NCBI GenBank assembly: GCA_016906335.1 | Contig: JADEYG010000004.1 | Coordinates: 1,116,001 to 1,180,000, forward strand | From: Novakomyces olei | Taxonomy: Eukaryota | Direction of reading: 5' to 3' | Length of the DNA stretch: 64,000 nt | Part shown: piece after piece, positions 50,872-62,296 of the stretch | Position numbering within the stretch: position 1 is the stretch's first letter | How the letters are laid out: each line of letters opens with the position of its first letter | Notes under the pieces: generated by a model | The model's input: only the letters and a program-made list of their open reading frames with translations | What the model was told of the DNA's origin: nothing | Database searches by the model: none | Program-made: the position numbers and the translations under genes

Positions 50872-53260
50872 TGGTCTAGAATTGTTTATTTATTTATTTT
50901 TTTAATTAATTTTATTAGAATTCTTTTATTATTTTATCAGGTTGCGGCGCTGTACCCAACGAGGATCAGACTTGAAAATCTCGACCGAGCCGACAATGCC
51001 GTGGACACGCAATCCAATGAGCCCTGTGCCGACGGTGTAAATAGGAGAGAGACTCTGAATCAGACTGAATCAGGACCAATTACAGATGGGAGAACGTCCA
51101 GTGCTATGTGTAGAGAGTGCCGGTAACATGCGAGTCGCGCAGACAATGAGCGGCAATTATAGAGAGACGGCTCCGCCAGTCGCGCTCGGTTCCACACTCA
51201 CAGTAGAATTGCAATGGATGCTAAAGCCGCGACGACAACGTGAGGCAGACTCGAAAGAGCAAATGCGTCAGTCGTCGAGTGGGGACTTTGACGCTGGCGG
51301 AAGGTACGAATTGGTTTATAAGAGACAAAGTACTCGGAAATAGCGAATAGGCAAGCACGCACAAACAATGAGACGGTTGCGCACCGTACGAATTCGGCGG
51401 CGTGTGTCTACTGCATGTGATTTAACACGTCAATGTTTACGTATGCAGCAAGCATGACTTAATTATGGATAGCCGTTTATCGAGATAACAGACACGCTTG
51501 TCACTAAAGACCCAAGAGAAGCGAAAAGGGTAAAACTGCGGTTCCAGTTTTCAGGCAGGGTGTGAAACAAAGTGCAAAAACAAAATTCATTTGAGCGCTT
51601 GAGTAATCTCGCACAACGCCTAGGGCTAAGGCCCGCGCTGGATCTCGTATGGCAGCCAAAATTATGGTAGATAATGCTTTTAATTCGGTTCTTGGGTCCG
51701 GTTTTTAGAGACTAACCTGTCGGCCTTTGATCAGGCTTTCGTGCACTATTCCAGCATATGCTGCCTTTCCTCAGCGCTGCTCAAATCCGTCTCGCTCGCG
51801 CTTAATAGTCAACAAGTCCCAATGCGATAACCCATATCTGGCATTGTTCCGTAGAATCGTTCGCTCGGTGGGTCGGCAACGCTGAAACGGGACTGATAGC
51901 GAGCCAAATGTTTAGGTTTTCGTCCCGGAAAGGAAAGGCCTAGGCAACGCTCGTATTAGTCACGTGCAACGGAGGTCTCAGCCAATCACAGGATAGTGTG
52001 ATATGAAAACGGAATTGCCCTGCACCAATTATACATGTTTAAAATTAGTACATGTCCCAAAAAACCGTATTGGGCCACAAGGTGTGTGACTTTGAAGACT
52101 GATGTTTAGCGGATGTGTATATAAGAAGAGGTGGCAAATCTGTCCCGTCCAGCCGATAGAACATATGGTTTACACCGCGAATAGGCTGCGAAGCGATCCT
52201 GTTGTCATTATCTATCTGCGGGTAAACATAGTGTCTAGCAAAGCGGTACAAGGTGCTGTTAATTTTCAAGTGATACTATGGACAAGCACATTCAGGGAAA
52301 CAGCTCTAACGGAACCGTGCAGAGATTTTGGTGTAGGAGAATAGTAATAATACGTTACAAATAAGATATGGTAGTAGAGAGAATAGCATGTTGATAATAG
52401 GCGCCCATAGGCAACTTGCGGATCCAGTGTACATCTAGATCCCGTTGGGCTTTGTAGCGTTATCGAATTGTGGTGTAATGCACGATTTGACCGTGGGTTG
52501 AGAAGAGTGTATACACAAAATTGACAAGCTTATCAGTTGCTGCGCTAAACAGAACATGAATAGCCATTCATACTAAACTAAACCGTTTACGCTACACCTT
52601 GGCGGTGTCATAGACTCCGCGAGCTGGCACTCGGTAAAACATGCCCGAAGGTCTCGTAGATGCAATGCGACGCGGTACGGCGGGCGTGATATTTTTATAT
52701 AGCATACTATTAAACCACCAAATTTACGTCAGTTTGTCGGGCGCAAGTAGAAAAGTAATTTGCAACAATTAGCTGGTACGTATGTCTGCCAACACTAAAT
52801 TCGCGCTCTAGTGGCGTTTTGTGTTTGCATCTCATCTTGTGCTGGTTGGGGAGAATATAAAGCAATGTCTAATAAGGACAGGCCTCGCGTAGTACATAAT
52901 CTACAGCATGGCCAGGTTTTGTAAACTTTAGTTTTCTAATTGGAATACATGATCGTGCCGCGCTAAAGCAGTTTGTTTATAAATACTCATTCAAGCACTT
53001 GACGAATGCATCCTCAGTCTTTTCGACGACGAATGGGTTCGGTTTCGCGTGTTGAAGGCGAAGCGATTAGAAGTTGCGAGTTGTGCCTAGCGCCTGCAAA
53101 CATATCGGGGACATTGTATGAAGGCGAATTTATTCGCAGTCAACAGCAACGTTACTGGTTCATTAATTATCTGTTTTCCATACAATAAGCAACGCAAGTT
53201 TCGCCAAAGTAATTCACAAGCCATATATGAGCGTTACCACAATAATAGCGAGCTCCAAAC

Positions 53261-53805
53261 ATGGATCAGGCAACGATTGAGGAGCTGGTGCAGGAGTCAT
53301 TGAAAGCCCGCGAAGGCGCTTATGTACGATATAGCAATTTTCGTGTTGGCTCAGCAATGCTTTTTAGACGGGGCCAGGCAAATGCTGATGCTTTAGCGCC
53401 AACGAAAATATACACAGGTTCTAATATTGAAAACGCAAGTCTCGGTGCTACTATTTGTGCTGAGCGAACAAACATCGTGAAAGCTGCTTCCGAGTGTTAT
53501 CGTACAATCCTGGCAATTGCAGTTGCTTCGTAAATATAATATTGTTTATTTATTTTCTTATTTGTTTATTTATTATTTATTCTTACGCCGGCTAGGGACA
53601 TCACCCCGGCAGCCTCGCCGTGTGGCATCTGCCGCCAGTTTATTCGAGAGTTTGCTGACGATCGGGTGCCTGTGTACCTTGTTACACCCGACGGAAAATG
53701 GGAAACTACGAGTACGGGAACAGTATGTCTAGCAAAGGCTGGTACGATTACTAACTGCAACAGTTATTGCCACGTAGTTTCGGACCTGACCAGCTGTGCC
53801 CGTAG
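53261..53805 (+). CDS. CDD1: cytidine deaminase (2 introns)
   Basis: YSNFRVGSA, GSNIENAS, ICAER, SPCGICRQFIREF, and last exon LLPRSFGPDQL. Confidence 0.93.
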
Positions 53806-54738
53806 GTTGTGGTGTACGTTTGCGACGGGCGCAACGAGTTGCTGGAACTGAAGTTTGGCACAATTAGTAGATGGAAACTGGGTCTGAAACTCTATGCATT
53901 TTTATTTATAAATGCAGTCTACAATTGTTTTCGACTATTATTCTACTTACTATCGTGTCATGGTTCCTTGTACATAATTGTCGTGGCTTTACATAGGTAC
54001 TTTATACCGTTGCGGTCTTGACTATGTCGACGAGATCGGGCTGCTGTTGGTGTCTAATATTATATAGGGTACTCTCTACATGAATGCATGTAAAGAGATA
54101 GTGTCATTGGAAATTGAGTCAGGATCTCTGGCCGTCCAAAAGCAACCGTCTTTGCACTTTTGCCGGGTCATTTTCTAATTTGTAATAAGTTTGCATTATT
54201 AGTACACTAAAATGAATCGGTACAATGACAGTTGTGTGGAAAACTGAAATAGATCAGTTGGCAGATAAGCGCCTGCGCATCGATTGTGTATGGTGTTCAG
54301 CATTGAATTGAATAATACTCAACTCAGTTACCATGAGCGTCTTTTGCCAATATTATACCATCCCTTTTTACTCATATCATTTTAGTCTCGTTTCCCATAA
54401 TAGTCGTAATTAGTTTATAACGCTGTGAGGCCGCACAGAGTTCGAGGCTATTTATATCGCCAAGGGCATTAAAACGTCGGCTCGCTGCTGCAATCGTAGC
54501 GGCTTCTATTCGAAAGCAGGGCGTAGCAACAAGGACGGGCCTTTTGCTCGCTACGCGCTCAAGCACAAGGTGCTCTTCCATGGAAAAATCGCTGTATACT
54601 ATGATAGTGATAGCATCGCGAGCTGAGCCCGAGACTATTTATAGAATTAGGGAATGGCTAAGTAGTATGAATTAAATCTTTACTGCAAAAAAAAAAAAAC
54701 TAACTCCAGAATTTTACTATAATATCCTAAAAATTCTG

Positions 54739-55772
54739 TCAACTTGACTGAGCGGTGATTCTCGGAGAGTGACGTGGACTTGGTATCTCTGATAAGCAAT
54801 GGCCGTTGCTTCCAACCACAAATCCTGATCCCGTTTTGGGTAACTCTTGAGACTCCCCCGTGCCCAAAGGAGAGCTTTCAGTCTCAACAGCATTGCGTAT
54901 TGGTAGGCCTTGACTTAAACGAGTATCAATTTCTGCTTCTCGTGCAAGTCTCTCCACACAATAGGCCTTAAAAAGTAAAATGTATTTGGATGACAACCCA
55001 CCCAAGCCGATGAAAAACGCACTTAAAACGTTGTTGAAGCCGATAAAAAACGCGCTTAAAACGTTGTTGAAGCCGATGAAAAACGCGCTTAAAACGTTGT
55101 TGAAGCCGATGAAAAACTCATTCAGACTGTCAAGAAGCCCATTGCACGCAACAGCAATAATAGTGTTGTTAAACGACGAAGCCATCGTATGCTTTCCTGT
55201 CGCTGAAAGATATAGAATATTTGTATAGATTGAAGCGCACGAGAATGACCCTCCCAAATCCAAATGCTGGCTGCGTCCCATGGTCGACGCGATCGCCCCC
55301 GTCGCCAGCCCTCCAAACGTAGAAGCCCCGACCGCTTGGAGGATCCTCGATGAGGGTATTTGCTCGTGAAGCACAAAACATGTAATTGCCGAAAAGAATA
55401 TCGCTATACAGTACCGAATGGATATCAACGCCACATTTTCCCTGTATACTGCTCCCAGAGCTAAGTCTGACGAAAGCAAAACGAAAGAGGTAACAAGTAT
55501 CGGGATTATGACCTTGTTTCTTAAGCCTTCTGAGAAGTTAGTAAGAGTCTGGAAAACTAAGGGCAGGTGCTTACGCGGCCGTGTGCGTTCGTGGTCCCTG
55601 ATTTCTGGCTCTGCCCTTGTGCAACCTTTGGGTGTTAGTATGCATCAATAAATGTATTCGTACCTTCCTCAAAGCCGTGCGACCGATAGTCTGGCGGAAA
55701 TAGTGATTTGGCCTCATCGTTCTCCAAATCGGGACTTGAGCTCCTTTCCACTGCTATCCAAAGAGGCCTCAT
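54739..55772 (-). CDS. orphan multi-pass membrane protein, ~316 aa, 3 exons (introns 55626-55663, 55530-55574), with PPxY motif and 11-aa tandem repeat
   Basis: Two GT..CTAAC..AG introns join exons of 109, 51 and 791 nt in frame with the 246-aa ORF. Hydrophobic segments and (FFIGFNNVLSA)x3 are present. Confidence 0.7.
55004..55117. repeat. 33-bp coding tandem repeat, ~3.5 copies
   Basis: Units of aagccgatgaaaaacgcRcttaaaacgttgttg start at 55004, 55037, 55070 and (partial) 55103. Confidence 0.97.
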
Positions 55773-55975
55773 AATTATAGCCCTAATGTTCTATGATCGT
55801 GATGTTCCACGCTCAAAAAACAGATTTGCATGTGACATTTATCCCACGTGACCCAGCACGTGACCTGGCTATTATTTCTAGCCTTTTTCCGCCGCAATGT
55901 TGGCCGATCAACATATAGCCATTACAGTATTAAATCGTAGAAAGTCCTATCGGAGCCTTCATATTAGGCATTATA

Positions 55976-56232
55976 TCCGTAATATTGAGCTGTTGGCGGC
56001 TGATCAAGACAACTTGGATAAAAAGACGAGACTGTCTTGTAAACCGTACTAAACCCTACACACGTAGCAAAGCTTACAGCATCTATGAAAGAGTAATGTT
56101 CAAACAATGATGTTTATATTCCAAGGCTCATATCAACAAGCACAAATAATAATCTTGAAAACCCTAGTGTAGTATTTATTACGTATGCGTACATCGACAG
56201 CCATGAATAACAAATTATAATAAATCAAAATA
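55976..56232 (+). repeat. left copy of ~250-bp inverted repeat
   Basis: Matches the reverse complement of 58752-58995 with about 10 substitutions and two indels (3 and 10 nt). Confidence 0.95.
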
Positions 56233-56260
56233 AAATAAAATAAAATAAAATACAAAAAAA

Positions 56261-56806
56261 ATGCCAAACATGAAGGCTAGCAGTACGTGGCAGCGTCTAC
56301 TGCTGCAGTGGAAAATGCTACGGTTGCCATGGCGACGCCGGCGTCTGGCGGGCACAGATATGCTGGGCAACTTGTACTGGGAGATATATAACGCAGCTGC
56401 GCCAAACAGGCCGAGGAGGATGGTGGAAACGCAGGAGAAGACGCTTATGGCTGGGATGGGCCTGCACCCAGAGTGGGCTGCCTGGCTTCGGTTCCGGAGG
56501 CAGCAGCCGCCCACTTTAGGCGAACTGGTAGCGGACGAACGGAGGCAGCAAGCGATTCGGCTTAATGCTCGGCTTATTGATGAAAAATGGGCAAAGGCCG
56601 CTCAAATAGAAGCAGCAGAGACCGAGGAACTGAGCCGTCGAGCAGAGCAGAAACAACCTGAGCGGGATCCTAACTCTGCGGTGACAAAAGACGCGGATCA
56701 AAATGTGCATGTAAACGATGACTTACCGCGTCAAGTCGATCCATGGGCGGCACGGAAGGACGAGCAGGGGGTACAGGGATGGCAGCCTCGTGTAGGCCGT
56801 CGCTAG
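56261..56806 (+). CDS. NDUFA12-family protein, NDUFAF2/N7BML complex I assembly-factor type
   Basis: LRLPWRRR..GTDMLGNLYWE..RRMVE..HPEWAAWLRFRRQQPPT. Confidence 0.8.
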   Translation: MPNMKASSTWQRLLLQWKMLRLPWRRRRLAGTDMLGNLYWEIYNAAAPNRPRRMVETQEKTLMAGMGLHPEWAAWLRFRRQQPPTLGELVADERRQQAIRLNARLIDEKWAKAAQIEAAETEELSRRAEQKQPERDPNSAVTKDADQNVHVNDDLPRQVDPWAARKDEQGVQGWQPRVGRR

Positions 56807-57107
56807 GTCACGGTTTGAGAGGAAAATATGATGCATTCCTTACACGCTCTTGGCAAAATATGATTGTACTATATTTTAAGGTGGCGTCGGCATCTATGTG
56901 TGTTTCTAGACAGGTTTTGCTTGTACAACAAAAGGTTATAAACGAAAAGAATAATGTAGAAGGACATTAGTAATGTATACTGTGCAGGCATAGCGCAAAA
57001 AACAAACTCATACACGTCACGACGTGTTTATTCATATACTGGTCCGCAAAGAAGCGTTCAACGCCAAACATTTTGTCTGGTTGGCGTCGGAAAACTTTGA
57101 TCGTTAG

Positions 57108-58191
57108 CTATAGCCGACTCTTGGTTTTTGCTTCCATAAGTCGCCGTACTTGAGGATCCATTTCCTTGGCAAAGGACTCTCGTGTGAGAAATGGAAAGAC
57201 TTCTCGATGCATCAGTTGTTTGTTACCTCCGTAGGCTCCTGGTGCCGCTTTAGGCGCGTACTTGAGAATTGGTTAGCAACAGTAAATTACTCTTCGATTG
57301 CTATTCCTGTCTTGTTCAATTTCACATTTTTCTTATTCTTCTTCTTCTTCTTCTTCTTCTTCTTCTTCTTCTTCTTCTTCTTCTTCTTCTTCTTCTTCTT
57401 CTTCTTCTTCTTCTTCTTCTTCTTCTCTTCTTCATTTTCATTTTCATTTTTCTTTTCATTTTCTTTATTTTTACCTTTTTTTTTATTTCATTTCCAATCA
57501 ATATTCAGTCTTAAAATCGTACCTGTAAAGCAATTCGACGAGCGCCGTCGTGCACACTGCCGTCGGGTGCAATCTCATCAATAAACCCGGCAGTCTGTCC
57601 CTGAAGAGCAGTAAACCGGGCGCCTGCAATCATACGCAGCCGGGCACCAGCAGATACTCGAGCCCTCAGTACTGCCATAAAGCCTGCCGGGATCACTGCA
57701 CCGAAATCAACTTCATTCATACAGGCAAAGCCACGTGTTCCATTCATAACTCTGAAATCACAGGCCAAAGCGAGGCAAAGCGCCCCCGCATAGCAATGTC
57801 CGTTAATTGCAGCAACTACGGGTAACGGAAAAGTCAGTAGTCTCTCGAGCAGAGTGTAATAGCAGTCTCCATAAAAATAGTCCATATCACGCGCAGCATC
57901 ATCAAGATCAAGGCCGTTGCTGAAAAATTTTGTAATTGCCGAGCCGATTATGACAGCCGACGGCTTTCGTTGAGTGTAAACGCTGCTCTTGCCCTTGCTG
58001 CCGCACTTTTCGCTCTCGGCCTGATCGGCACGACTATCACGGTCTGCCCAGTCCAGCGCCGGCAGTAGACCATCCGCGATCAATTGTGTACGTAAGCGAT
58101 TGTCGGGCGGAGCATTCATAGTGATCCAGTATAAATTGCTCTCTGACTGCTCTACTTCGAGCTTCACTGTGCCGTCTGCAAAGGAAACCAT
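57108..58191 (-). CDS. crotonase-family enoyl-CoA isomerase/hydratase, peroxisomal (PTS1 SRL); intron 57261-57522
   Basis: FFSNGLDL, PVVAAINGHCYAGA, ALACDFRVM, NEVDFG. The second exon ends EAKTKSRL*. Confidence 0.88.
57336..57426. repeat. (CTT)n microsatellite inside the intron
   Basis: Directly visible. Confidence 0.97.
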
Positions 58192-58751
58192 ATTGCCGAT
58201 GCCGACCGAGCGTGTGGGGTAATCGTGCCCGGGCTTCTTGCTTTTCGGTTAACCCTGATTTGCATTACTTGCATACACTCAAAGGCTTTTAAGATACGAG
58301 TTTGTGTGTACGACATACGAGGAGCCTACATTTAGTGTTACTTGCTTGAGGCTATAGTATTATTTGGCATAGAATAATAAATACGTCAGCCTTATTTAGA
58401 TTGTTTCCTAAACAAAGTCAAGGCTGGATTCTACTTGGCTAACCCTAACCCTGCGTTTAATATACATTAATTAAATTTACTTGATTTTATATATATGCCA
58501 ATGCCAGCCAAGCGTTTTATTTTCTGGATAGAATAATGTCGACAGGGTTTTCTACGATTTAAACATGCTGTAATTGCTATATGTCGTTCGGCCAACACTG
58601 CGGCGGAAAAAGGCTAGAAATCATGCTCTGAAAAACAACCATGCAATACCTGTATTATATATCTTACAATTTATTTTATTTTATTTTATTTTATTTTATT
58701 TTATTTTATTTTATTTTTTATTCTCACTTCTATTCGATTTCCATTTATGTC

Positions 58752-58995
58752 TATTTTGATTTATTATAAACTTTTATTCATGGCTGTCGATGTACGCATA
58801 CGTAATAAATACTACACTAGGGTTTTCAAGATTATTATTTGTGCTTTTTGATATGAGCCTTGGAATATAAACATCATTGTTTGAACATTACTCTTTCATA
58901 GATACTGTAAGCTTTGCTACGTGTGTACGGTTTACAAAGTCTCGTCTTTTTATCCAAACTGTCTCGATCAGCCGCCAACAGCTCACGATTACGGA
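58752..58995 (-). repeat. right copy of ~250-bp inverted repeat
   Basis: Reverse-complement match to 55976-56232. Confidence 0.95.
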
Positions 58996-59089
58996 GCCCT
59001 TTTGGTTTATCTAAATTTTACTACTCTATATTTCTTTCATTATTTCTGTTGTTTCTCGGCGCAGATTTGGTCAGACAGGCTGCACCCGT

Positions 59090-60217
59090 CTATAAACTGC
59101 CCAGTGTAAAAACCACTTTTTGAACTTTGCGATTAGCAAATAGATCATAAGCCGACTCAGCGTCCGTCAGTGGAACGACTGTATCCACAAGCCCGCCCAA
59201 GTCATGTGCCACTGTTTGCTCGATTCGAAGCATTCCTTTTAGTGCCTCATTGTACATGGCTTGTACGGGGCACCTTCCAAAGACGCACGAAATGTTTTTA
59301 TCGTAACATTCGGTGGCGGAGAAGGGAATCTCCGAGTTGTGTACGCCTAAAGGTGAGAAGGCCAATTAAACAGATGGACAGTAAAAATCATGAAGAAAGG
59401 CTGAAGTGACTATCAAAAAAATAGGACAGTAGTCATAAGCGCTTGCATATCGATGGAGGAAAATGAATGGAGAAATCCTCCGACAGTAGCAGCTGTATGC
59501 AATTTAGGTCGAGGCAACAAAAAAGCGACGCCAAGGTTCAACACAACAAAATTAAGTCCAACTTACCAACCGAGGAAATTTTTCCAAACGGCCGAACTGC
59601 ATCAAACGCAGCACGCAAAGCATCTGGTCTGCCAACTACTTCTAAAACTGCATCGGCTCCACGACCATCGCTTGATGCAGCCCGAACCTTTCCGATCCAT
59701 TTTTCCGCTCCGTCTTTGGCCGAGAAAGTCTCAGCACCAAGCTGAGCAGCTCGTTCTAATCGTGCTTGCTCTATATCAACGGCAAAAACACGATCAAAAA
59801 GCGTAAGTGCGGAGGCTACTGCACAAAGACCCACGGGTCCACAACCGATAACAACCGCAATTTCGCCGTATTTTTTCGTATTTTGAAGTCCCGCGGCGGG
59901 ATAAGCATTGAAAGCACAGTAGAATCCCGTTGTGAAAACGTCACCGAGCAGCATGAGAGTTTTCTCATTTGGCATTTGTTTCAGCTCCGAAGCCGAGCTG
60001 GCCTCTACCAGATCTTGTTTCTCCAAAGAAATCAAAGTTCCATCCGCCAGTGGGACACGCAAAAACTCTGCCTGAGCTCCGTCAAGTTGTGGAGAGCCAA
60101 AAAGCTGGGAATGCTCACACCTTGACGTCTGGCCGCGTCGACAAGCATCACAGTGTTTACTAGTTGCAAGTCAGATTATGAGCAAACAAACCAACAAACA
60201 AACAAACAAACAAACAA

Positions 60218-60296
<79 letters not shown>

Positions 60297-60736
60297 ATAT
60301 CTAAATGTTTGAGAAAGAAGATAAAAATTACAATTACTCACCATGAAGTCGTAAACGCGCCGGTAACAAATTGGTCGATGCGAAATTGTTTAACTGCCGA
60401 TCCAACTTTGTAAACCGTGCCAGTAAACTCGTGTCCCTATAATTCAGTCAATAAGAAACTTAAAAGAAGGCCAAAATCAAACGTGTTTTACCATTATAAA
60501 ACCAGTTTTGTCCACGGGCTCAATGCCATGGAAGACATGCATTTCGCTACCGCAGAGACCGGCGTACCGTACTAAAAATTAGACCTTATCAGATGAAAGC
60601 AACAGCAATTGAAGAACAACAAGCATAATTAAGTACGCCTACCTTTGATAATGGCATCTGTAGGCGCTTCAATTTGTGGTATAGGCCGCTCCTCCACAAC
60701 AATTCGTCCTGGCCCCCTGAACACGACTGCCTTCAT
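59090..60736 (-). CDS. zinc-dependent MDR-family alcohol/formaldehyde dehydrogenase (about 4 introns)
   Basis: MKAVVFRGPG start, GLCGSEMH, GHEFTG, GAQAEFLRVPLADGTL, LGDVFTTG, GCGPVG Rossmann motif, GADAVLEVVG. Confidence 0.9.
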
Positions 60737-61055
60737 GGTATTTTTTGCGCAAATGTATTAATTAATTCTAATTAATATTAATTAATAAGAACTAATTAGG
60801 ACAATTAATAGATCTAAATTAAATCGATTTTTATAGAGCAATGGTTAATGTATGTGGCGGAAATGGCGACGGCAGTCTGTTTGGCAAATGAACTCTTAAA
60901 GCCGCCCGAAATTTGTAATAACCCAAATCTACAAGCCAGCAGTACGGTACAATACAAATTTACAGTAATCAATAGTACAGTACAATCTACAAATTGGCGC
61001 AACTGCCACGAAAGGTAAATTGATGATGAAAAAGAAAGATAGTATTTTCCTACGT

Positions 61056-61667
61056 CTATCGATAACGGCGCAGGCTGAGTGTGTTTTGCCGGAGCCAGGT
61101 CTTGCGGCGGCCAGCTTGAGTATTGTTGAAGCGATGGCCCTTGTGAATACCACGCGACTTCTTGCCGGTAGCAGTGAGACCACGAGATTCGCGGTGCTTG
61201 TGCACAGCGTTTGCGATCCAGTTAATACGGGGATCACGGCGGATGGCCTTGTGCTGAGGATCGACGAGGATGATTTCGTAAAACTTGTAAGTAGCGTCCT
61301 GATTGACCCAGTAAGAGTTGAGAACACGCAAGTTGGCGCAGTAACGGCCGACACGCTCCTCGGCAATCGAGCGAAGCGAGCGCTGATATTTTAAGTGGTT
61401 CACACCCTGGTTCGTGGGTTTGCCCATAGTCTGGCCCTTGGGCACGTGGCGCTTGCGGTTCCCACGGCGTACACGCACACGGTAAATAACATAGCCTTGC
61501 TTGGCCTTGTAGCCAAGTCGGCGAGCCTTGTCTGGGCGCGAAGGCCTGGAAGCGCGGTGGATTACATTCAATTGTCTGTATTCCCACGCACGGACACGCG
61601 AGAGGAACAAATTAATGTCCGACTGCTTCTTTTTGGAGAGCTCCTCGAGGTATTTGTAGGCTCCCAT
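61056..61667 (-). CDS. RPL15: 60S ribosomal protein L15
   Basis: [34 protein letters not shown], near-invariant eL15 sequence. Confidence 0.98.
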   Translation of the reverse strand: MGAYKYLEELSKKKQSDINLFLSRVRAWEYRQLNVIHRASRPSRPDKARRLGYKAKQGYVIYRVRVRRGNRKRHVPKGQTMGKPTNQGVNHLKYQRSLRSIAEERVGRYCANLRVLNSYWVNQDATYKFYEIILVDPQHKAIRRDPRINWIANAVHKHRESRGLTATGKKSRGIHKGHRFNNTQAGRRKTWLRQNTLSLRRYR

Positions 61668-61731
61668 TGCTGTATGTGATGGGTGGTATGAGTCTGTACG
61701 CTAACTTGTTTTGTGTTGTGTGCGAGTCGTG

Positions 61732-61754
61732 TGTGACACACTTAACCCTACCCT
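61732..61754 (-). promoter_or_regulatory. Homol E box (AGGGTAGGGT) followed by a Homol D-like GTCACA core in the RPL15 promoter
   Basis: Exact ACCCTACCCT at 61745-61754 and TGTGAC at 61732-61737, about 65-85 nt upstream of the ATG. Confidence 0.7.
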
Positions 61755-62152
61755 AATAATATTCAAAGCAGATACAATAACTTTTATTCGTGCGCTCACA
61801 CGTATAATGCCTGCCACACATCTCAAAATAATTATGTGTGACAGATGTACAAGTAATAATAGACCATGTACCAGGGGCACGGGACACGCACACAGGGCGA
61901 TAACTATGGAAAATACAGACACGCGTCACTGGGTTACGTATACTTCAAATACAAACAAATATTGGACAACAATTGCAATTCAAGTATTAAAGGCAATCTT
62001 TATCATTTGAGCCACATTCAATTGTGCTTGTCACTAGCGGCGGACAAATTCGATTTTCGTGTAGAATGCAACTCTATCGGGCAGCCTTAAACGTTAAAAG
62101 CATTGGCCTAAATGTCTATTATTACCAGTGGATTAATCTTCAACAATTTACA

Positions 62153-62296
62153 AATATCCACAATATATCCACAATATATATCCACAATATATCCACAATA
62201 TATCCACAATATATCCACAATATATCCACAATATATCCACAATATATCCACAATATATCCACAATATATCCACAATATATCCACAATATAATCACA
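62153..62296. repeat. (ATATCCACA[AT])n 9-13-bp minisatellite
   Basis: Directly visible between the RPL15 and CPA1 promoters. Confidence 0.95.

Noticed and set aside
54980-55228. Plus-strand ORF with (PMKNALKTLLK)n resembling a repeated peptide precursor
   Set aside because: It is antisense to the spliced orphan gene and has no signal peptide or Kex2 KR sites.
56166-56175. AGTGTAGTAT resembling the U2 snRNA branch-pairing sequence inside the inverted repeat
   Set aside because: The flanking sequence does not match the conserved U2 5' end.
58386-58453. Hairpin followed by CTAACCCTAACCCT, reminiscent of a telomerase RNA template and boundary element
   Set aside because: There is little room for a fungal TER, no pseudoknot was identified, and the same box recurs in many promoters.
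49204-58995. HMG gene near inverted repeats as a possible flip-flop mating-type locus
   Set aside because: The HMG protein is Ste11-like and lies outside the repeats. The enclosed genes are metabolic, and no homeodomain or alpha-box gene was seen.
62153-62296. Regular short repeats as a possible CRISPR-like array
   Set aside because: There are no unique spacers; it is a eukaryotic minisatellite.
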